Positions 59,064 through 64,000 of a DNA stretch of 64,000 nt are shown here, piece after piece. The notes under the pieces were generated by a model. It saw only the letters and a list, made by a program, of their open reading frames with translations. It did not search any database and had not been told where the DNA came from. Position numbers and translations under genes: made by a program. The stretch is from Alphaproteobacteria bacterium (lineage in GTDB: Bacteria > Pseudomonadota > Alphaproteobacteria > Bin95). Numbering within the stretch: the first letter of the stretch is position 1; each line of letters begins with the position of its first letter. Location of the stretch: assembly GCA_964291285.2 (NCBI GenBank), contig OZ219786.1, positions 1,024,001 to 1,088,000 on the forward strand, given 5' to 3'.

Positions 59064-59945
59064 ATGATCCGGAACCCGATTCCCTGGCCGGACGGCGCAA
59101 GGTGCGCCGTCGCAATCACCTTCGACATGGACGCCGACAGCCTGATCCACATTGCGCGGCCGGAGGACGGGTTCGACCGGCTCTACCCGGTCTCGATGGG
59201 CCGCTACGGGCCGACGGTCGCAATTCCCCGCATCCTCGCGACCTACCGGCGTCTCGGGATCAGGCAGAGCTTCTTCATCCCCGGCTGGTGCCTGGAGACC
59301 TACCCGGACGCCGTCGAGGCGATCCTGAGCGACGGGCACGAGATCGGACATCATGGCTGGATCCACGAGGATCCGGTAGCGACGCGCGGCCCGTCCCAGG
59401 CGGAAGCTTTCGAGAAGGCACTGGACGCCCACCGCCGCATCTGCGGAGGCCCCCCGCGCGGCTACCGCGCGCCGGTTTACAACGTCACGCAGCAGGTCAT
59501 CGACCTGATGATCCGTCACGGGCTGCGCTACGACAGCTCCCTGATGGCCGACGACATTCCCTACCGGATTGCGACCCCGGAAGGCGCGCTCTGGGAGATG
59601 CCGGTCCACTGGGCCACCGACGACTGGCCGCCCTTCGCGCACTATGCCGAGATCGGCTACATGATGCAGGTGCGCGAGCCCTCCGCGGGATTGGCCGGCT
59701 TCTGGGAGGAATTCGAGGCGCAGTACGAGGCGGGCGGCTTCTTCATGCCGATCGTCCACCCGTTCCTGACCGGCCGGCTGGCCCGCTGGCGGCTGGTCGA
59801 GCGCTGGCTTGAGGAGACCATGGCGACCCGCAAGGTCTGGGTCGCCCGGCTCGAGGACATTGCCGATCATCTGGATGCCGTCTCCGCCAGGGGCCACGAC
59901 ATCCGTACCGAACGGCTTCCCTATTACGGAGGACCGCAGAGATGA
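59064..59945 (+). CDS. Polysaccharide-deacetylase-family amidohydrolase (PuuE-like)
   Basis: WPDGARCAVAITFDMD, HEIGHHGWIHE, GYRAP, YDSSLMADD, HPFLTGR. Confidence 0.85.
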   Translation: MIRNPIPWPDGARCAVAITFDMDADSLIHIARPEDGFDRLYPVSMGRYGPTVAIPRILATYRRLGIRQSFFIPGWCLETYPDAVEAILSDGHEIGHHGWIHEDPVATRGPSQAEAFEKALDAHRRICGGPPRGYRAPVYNVTQQVIDLMIRHGLRYDSSLMADDIPYRIATPEGALWEMPVHWATDDWPPFAHYAEIGYMMQVREPSAGLAGFWEEFEAQYEAGGFFMPIVHPFLTGRLARWRLVERWLEETMATRKVWVARLEDIADHLDAVSARGHDIRTERLPYYGGPQR

Positions 59946-60394
59946 GCCTGACCGAGACCGACCGCCGGATGCTGCGCATCGCCTATGAGGAAGCCCTGAC
60001 CGGGTTCGAGGAGGGCGGTTGCCCCATCGGTGCGGTTCTCGCGCGCGGCGATACGGTGGTCTCGCAGGGCCGGAACCGGCGCGTGCAGCAGGACGACCCC
60101 ATCGCGCATGGCGAGATGGACGCGCTGCGCAGGGCGGGCCGCCAGCGGACCTACCGCGACACGACCCTCTACACCTCGCTCTCCCCCTGCATGATGTGCT
60201 CGGGCACCATCGTCCAGTTCGGCATACCCCGCGTCGTCATCGCGGAGAATACGAACTTCGGCGGCAACGAGGCGTTCCTGCGCGAGCGCGGCGTCGAGGT
60301 GATCGTCGCCGACGACCCGGACTGCATCGCGCTCATGACCCGCTTCATCGAGGAACGGCCCGAACTCTGGGCCGAGGACATCGCCGAGGACTGA
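59942..60394 (+). CDS. Zinc-dependent nucleobase/nucleoside deaminase (fungal-type cytosine deaminase-like)
   Basis: EGGCPIG, HGEMD, LSPCMMC, W.EDI.E C-terminus. Confidence 0.88.
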   Translation: MSLTETDRRMLRIAYEEALTGFEEGGCPIGAVLARGDTVVSQGRNRRVQQDDPIAHGEMDALRRAGRQRTYRDTTLYTSLSPCMMCSGTIVQFGIPRVVIAENTNFGGNEAFLRERGVEVIVADDPDCIALMTRFIEERPELWAEDIAED

Positions 60395-60422
60395 CCGCCG
60401 GCCGTTCGCCGGGCGGGCCCTG

Positions 60423-61175
60423 TCAGCAGGTATAGTTCAGCCCGAGCCGGCCGCCGTCGACATAGATCGTCTCGCCGGTGATGTAGCCCGCCTTTTCCGA
60501 GGCGAGGAAAGCGACGACATCGCCGATCTCGCGCGGCGAGCCCAGGCGCTTGAGCGGCGTGCGCGACATGGCTACCTGCATCGCCTCGGGATTGGCGTTC
60601 ACGCCCGCCATCATCTCCGTGTCGATGGAGCCGGGCCCGACGGCATTGACCCTGATGCCGTGCGGCGCAAGCGCGAGCGCAGCCGCCTTCGTGATCTGCA
60701 TCACACCGCCCTTCGAGGCGCAATAGGCCGGAATTGCCGGGATCGCGACCTGGGCGTTGATCGAGGACATGCTGACGATCGCGCCCCGGATGCCCTTCTC
60801 CACCATCGTCCTGGCCGCGCGCTGCGTGGCGGCGAAGACGCCGACGAGATTGACGCCGATCACGCGCTGGAAGTCGCCCAGATCGTAGGCGAGGAAATCG
60901 CCCGGAAGCGCGATGCCGGCATTGTTCACCAGCGTCGAGACCGGCCCGTAGTCGTTCTCGATCCTGTCGAACAGCGCGGCGATGGCAGCCGGGTCGCCCA
61001 TGTCGCAGATGAGGCCCGCTGCCCCGTCGCCAAGCCTTTCGGCGGCGTCCCGCACGCCATCCTCCTTTATGTCGGCAAGGATCGTGCGGTGGCCGTCTTC
61101 GGCAAGCGCTTCGGCGCATGCGTAGCCGATTCCCTGCGCGCCGCCCGTCACCAGGGCGATGGGTCTCTCAGGCAT
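60423..61175 (-). CDS. SDR-family oxidoreductase
   Basis: TGGAQGIG, LVNNAG, YCASK, YITGETIYVDGG. Confidence 0.9.
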   Translation of the reverse strand: MPERPIALVTGGAQGIGYACAEALAEDGHRTILADIKEDGVRDAAERLGDGAAGLICDMGDPAAIAALFDRIENDYGPVSTLVNNAGIALPGDFLAYDLGDFQRVIGVNLVGVFAATQRAARTMVEKGIRGAIVSMSSINAQVAIPAIPAYCASKGGVMQITKAAALALAPHGIRVNAVGPGSIDTEMMAGVNANPEAMQVAMSRTPLKRLGSPREIGDVVAFLASEKAGYITGETIYVDGGRLGLNYTC

Positions 61176-61216
61176 GGCTTTCCTCTCAGGTCTTCCGGAA
61201 ATTAGCGTTCCCGCCG

Positions 61217-62164
61217 CTATGCGGTACCGGCCGGCAGCCGCGCCAGGCGCTCGGTCAGCAGCGCGAAGAAGCCGTCGGCGTCGATGCGTTCGAGCACGCG
61301 GGCATTGGCGGGCCTGCCGCTCCGCCCGCGCGCATCGCAGACCGTGCGCCCGAAGCAGGGGCCTTCGGCAATGTCGATATCGACGCGCATCTCCCGGCCT
61401 TCGAAAAGCTCCGGCTGCAGCAGGCAAGCGATCACGCAGGGGTCGTGCAGCGGCGCGCCGTGGTGGTAGGCCGCCATGTTCTTCGCGCCGTAGAGGTCGA
61501 GCATGCCGCAGACCGCCGCCGCCGGCGCCGTGCCGAGCGCGCGGACCGCCTCCAGCCTCGGCGGCGTCGCAATCGCCTGGTGGGTCACGTCGAGCCCGAT
61601 CATGGTGAGCGGCGCGCCCGCCTCGAACACGACATGCGCGGCGTGCGGATCGGCAAAGATGTTGAACTCGGCGGACGCGGTGACATTGCCGGTGCCGATG
61701 GCCCCGCCCATCGCCACGATCTCGCGCACATTCGCGAGCACCGCCGGGTTCTTGACGATGGCGAGCGCGATATTGGTCAGCGGCCCAAGCGTGGCGAGCG
61801 TGACGGGCTCCGGCGCCGAGAGGAGTGTCTCGACCAGGAAATCGACCGCGTGGGTTGCTTCGGCCGGGCGGCCCGGCTCCGGCAGGTCCGCGCCGTCGAT
61901 GCCCGTCGGCCCGTGGATGCGCTCGGCGGTGACCGGCTCGCGCACCAGGGGACGCGGGCAGCCGGCATAGACCGGTACCTCCGGTCGGCCGCCGAGGTCC
62001 CTGACCCGGCGCGCATTGCTCTCGGTCAGCGCCAGCGGGACATTGCCGGCAACGGCCGTGATGCCCAGAAGGTCGAACTCTTCCGGCGCGGCGAAGGCCA
62101 TCAGCAGGGCGACGGCGTCGTCCTGACCAGGGTCGCAATCGACGATCAGCGGTCGGGGTCTCAC
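61217..62164 (-). CDS. Inosine/uridine-preferring nucleoside hydrolase
   Basis: DCDPGQDD, AGN, IHGPTG, GPLTN, AEFNIFADP, LHDP. Confidence 0.92.
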   Translation of the reverse strand: MRPRPLIVDCDPGQDDAVALLMAFAAPEEFDLLGITAVAGNVPLALTESNARRVRDLGGRPEVPVYAGCPRPLVREPVTAERIHGPTGIDGADLPEPGRPAEATHAVDFLVETLLSAPEPVTLATLGPLTNIALAIVKNPAVLANVREIVAMGGAIGTGNVTASAEFNIFADPHAAHVVFEAGAPLTMIGLDVTHQAIATPPRLEAVRALGTAPAAAVCGMLDLYGAKNMAAYHHGAPLHDPCVIACLLQPELFEGREMRVDIDIAEGPCFGRTVCDARGRSGRPANARVLERIDADGFFALLTERLARLPAGTA

Positions 62165-64000
62165 AGCGCCCGCCCTGCCCGATGCCCGTCCACGACCGCG
62201 ACCTCGATATCGCGGGGCTGGAAGCAGTCGCCGATGAGCCGCAGACCGTCCCTGTGCGCCGAAAGCTCCCTGTAGAGGCTAGTATCGGCCTTGCCGCCCG
62301 ACCCGAACACGACGCTGTCGAACCCCTCTATCGTCCGCGGCTCCCAGGTTACGACATTATACGCCTCGACGCTGGTTTCCCCGATTTCCCAGAGCGCCGT
62401 GTGGGTGGTCAGGGCCACGCCGGCCTTCATCAGCTTTTCCAGCAGGTGGTGGCGCGCCGGCGACGGCATGAAGGGCGCGATCGTCTCCAGCCCTGTCAGC
62501 AGTTCGACCCGGTGCCCGCGGCTCGCAAGGTAATCGGCGGTCGTGGCGGCCTCGGCCCGGCCGAGCGTATCGACCACGAGCACGGCTTCGCCCGGCGCGG
62601 CATGGCCCGACAGGACATTGCGGGCGGAGAAGACATGCGGCCGGTCCGTTCCCGCGACTTCCGGCAGCCAGGCGGTGGAGCCGGTCGCCAGCACGATCTC
62701 GTCGGGCCCGGCGGCCAGCACGGTTTCCGCCGCGGCCTCCGTTCCGAGACGGATATCGACGCCGAGCTTCCGCAATTGGCGCTCGAACCAGAGGATGATC
62801 TCCTCGAAATTACCCCGGTCGGGCGTCTTCAGGATCAGGCCGATCTGGCCGCCGAGCCTCCTGCCCCGCTCCATCAGGATGACCTCATGGCCCCGCTCGC
62901 CTGCCACGCGCGCGGCCTCCATGCCCGCCGGGCCCCCGCCGACGATGACGACGCGTTTCCTCGCCTTTGCCGGCCGGAGTTCGGCCCACTCCTTCTCCCG
63001 CCCCGTGACCGGGTTGTAGATGCAGCCGACGCCGAGCCCGAGATCGACATGCCCCACGCAGGACTGGGTGCAGGCGATGCAGGGCCGGATATCCGCGACC
63101 CGGCCCTGCCGGACCTTGTTCGGAAAATGGGGATCGGCGATCAGGGTCTTCGCCATGCCGGCAATGTCGGCCTTGCCCTCGGCGAGAAGGCGCTCGGCCA
63201 CCGCCGGCGAGTCCATCCGCCCCGTGCCGACCACGGGCCGCGTGACGACGGCCTTCACCGCCGCCGGCAGATAGGTGAAGGCACCCGGCCCGTAATAGTG
63301 GCTCGGCCAGTGCGCGCGGCCCTGCCTCGGGCTCGGCACGATCCCGTGCCAGATGTTGAAGTAATCGACCAGGCCTTCGCGGTCGAGGAGCCGCGAGAGA
63401 CCGACGAGGTCCTGCAGCCGCAGGCTGTAGTCCATGACATCATCATAGAGGCGGACGCCGAGCAGCCGGTCCGCCCCCAGCTCGGAGCGGACCGCCGTGA
63501 GCGCCTCGCGCAGGAACGTCATACGCTCCTCAATCGTCCCGCCGCCATATTTGTCCGTCCTCCGGTTTCCGTGCGGGTGGAGGAAATTGGCGAACAGGTA
63601 GTCCATGCCCACCGCCAGTTCGACGCCGTCGAAACCGCCCTGGCGCACGCGGCCCGCGGCTTTCGCGAAGCTCTCGACAATGGCCTCCGCCTCGGCGGTG
63701 GAGAGTTCGTGCGGCATGTAGACCGGCACCGAGAAATCGGGCGGCGGCACGGCCGAGGGCGCAGTGATCGGCCGGCCCAGAAAGGCGGAGACATCGGCCA
63801 CGCGGCGCCCGCGATGCCCGAGCTGGGCAAGGACCGGCACGTCGAACTCATGCACGGCGTCGGCAATCCGCCGATAGACCGGGACGATGCCGTCATGGAA
63901 ATTCGTGAAGGCCAGCGTCGTCTCGCCGTCATACACGGGCACGGTATGCCCGGTGACGATGATGCCGGCACCACCTTTCGCCCGCTCCCTGAGATAGTGG
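62161..64000 (-). CDS. NADH:flavin oxidoreductase (OYE barrel plus FAD domain; 5' end outside the window)
   Basis: AQLGHRG, GFDGVEL, NRRTDKYGG, RPCIACTQSC...CIYNP, VIVGGGPAGMEAA. Confidence 0.9.
   Translation of the reverse strand, partial: HYLRERAKGGAGIIVTGHTVPVYDGETTLAFTNFHDGIVPVYRRIADAVHEFDVPVLAQLGHRGRRVADVSAFLGRPITAPSAVPPPDFSVPVYMPHELSTAEAEAIVESFAKAAGRVRQGGFDGVELAVGMDYLFANFLHPHGNRRTDKYGGGTIEERMTFLREALTAVRSELGADRLLGVRLYDDVMDYSLRLQDLVGLSRLLDREGLVDYFNIWHGIVPSPRQGRAHWPSHYYGPGAFTYLPAAVKAVVTRPVVGTGRMDSPAVAERLLAEGKADIAGMAKTLIADPHFPNKVRQGRVADIRPCIACTQSCVGHVDLGLGVGCIYNPVTGREKEWAELRPAKARKRVVIVGGGPAGMEAARVAGERGHEVILMERGRRLGGQIGLILKTPDRGNFEEIILWFERQLRKLGVDIRLGTEAAAETVLAAGPDEIVLATGSTAWLPEVAGTDRPHVFSARNVLSGHAAPGEAVLVVDTLGRAEAATTADYLASRGHRVELLTGLETIAPFMPSPARHHLLEKLMKAGVALTTHTALWEIGETSVEAYNVVTWEPRTIEGFDSVVFGSGGKADTSLYRELSAHRDGLRLIGDCFQPRDIEVAVVDGHRAGRAL

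Overview
High-GC bacterial chromosome segment, most likely an alphaproteobacterium (stand-alone F0 operon atpI-B-E-F'-F; four-gene ligase-associated DNA-damage cassette). The core backbone carries the DNA-repair cassette, a GMC oxidoreductase, ATP synthase F0, etfBA-hbd, dihydropyrimidinase, gltBD, Co-type nitrile hydratase, ilvD and a nucleobase/nucleoside uptake-salvage cluster. A ~12 kb accessory island (~12.9-25.1 kb) sits between atpF and a 5'-truncated MaoC-type hydratase gene. It contains: (i) a lower-GC ParB/Srx-like + PD-(D/E)XK-like + C5-methyltransferase module, a candidate uncharacterised restriction/defence system; (ii) an IS256 copy; (iii) an IS110 whose leader shows guide-like matches to its own donor end and right target flank, as expected of a bridge RNA; (iv) an IS1595-family transposon carrying an N6/N4-methyltransferase-HNH fusion, whose reading frame depends on the copy number of an 11-bp tandem repeat (currently out of frame, a candidate mobile phase-variable epigenetic/restriction switch); and (v) a truncated type IVB secretin. 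Other recent insertions disrupt a putative antitoxin (IS256) and a SulP transporter (IS1634). I found no tRNA, rRNA or CRISPR array. Product calls rest on motif recognition by eye; no database searches were run.
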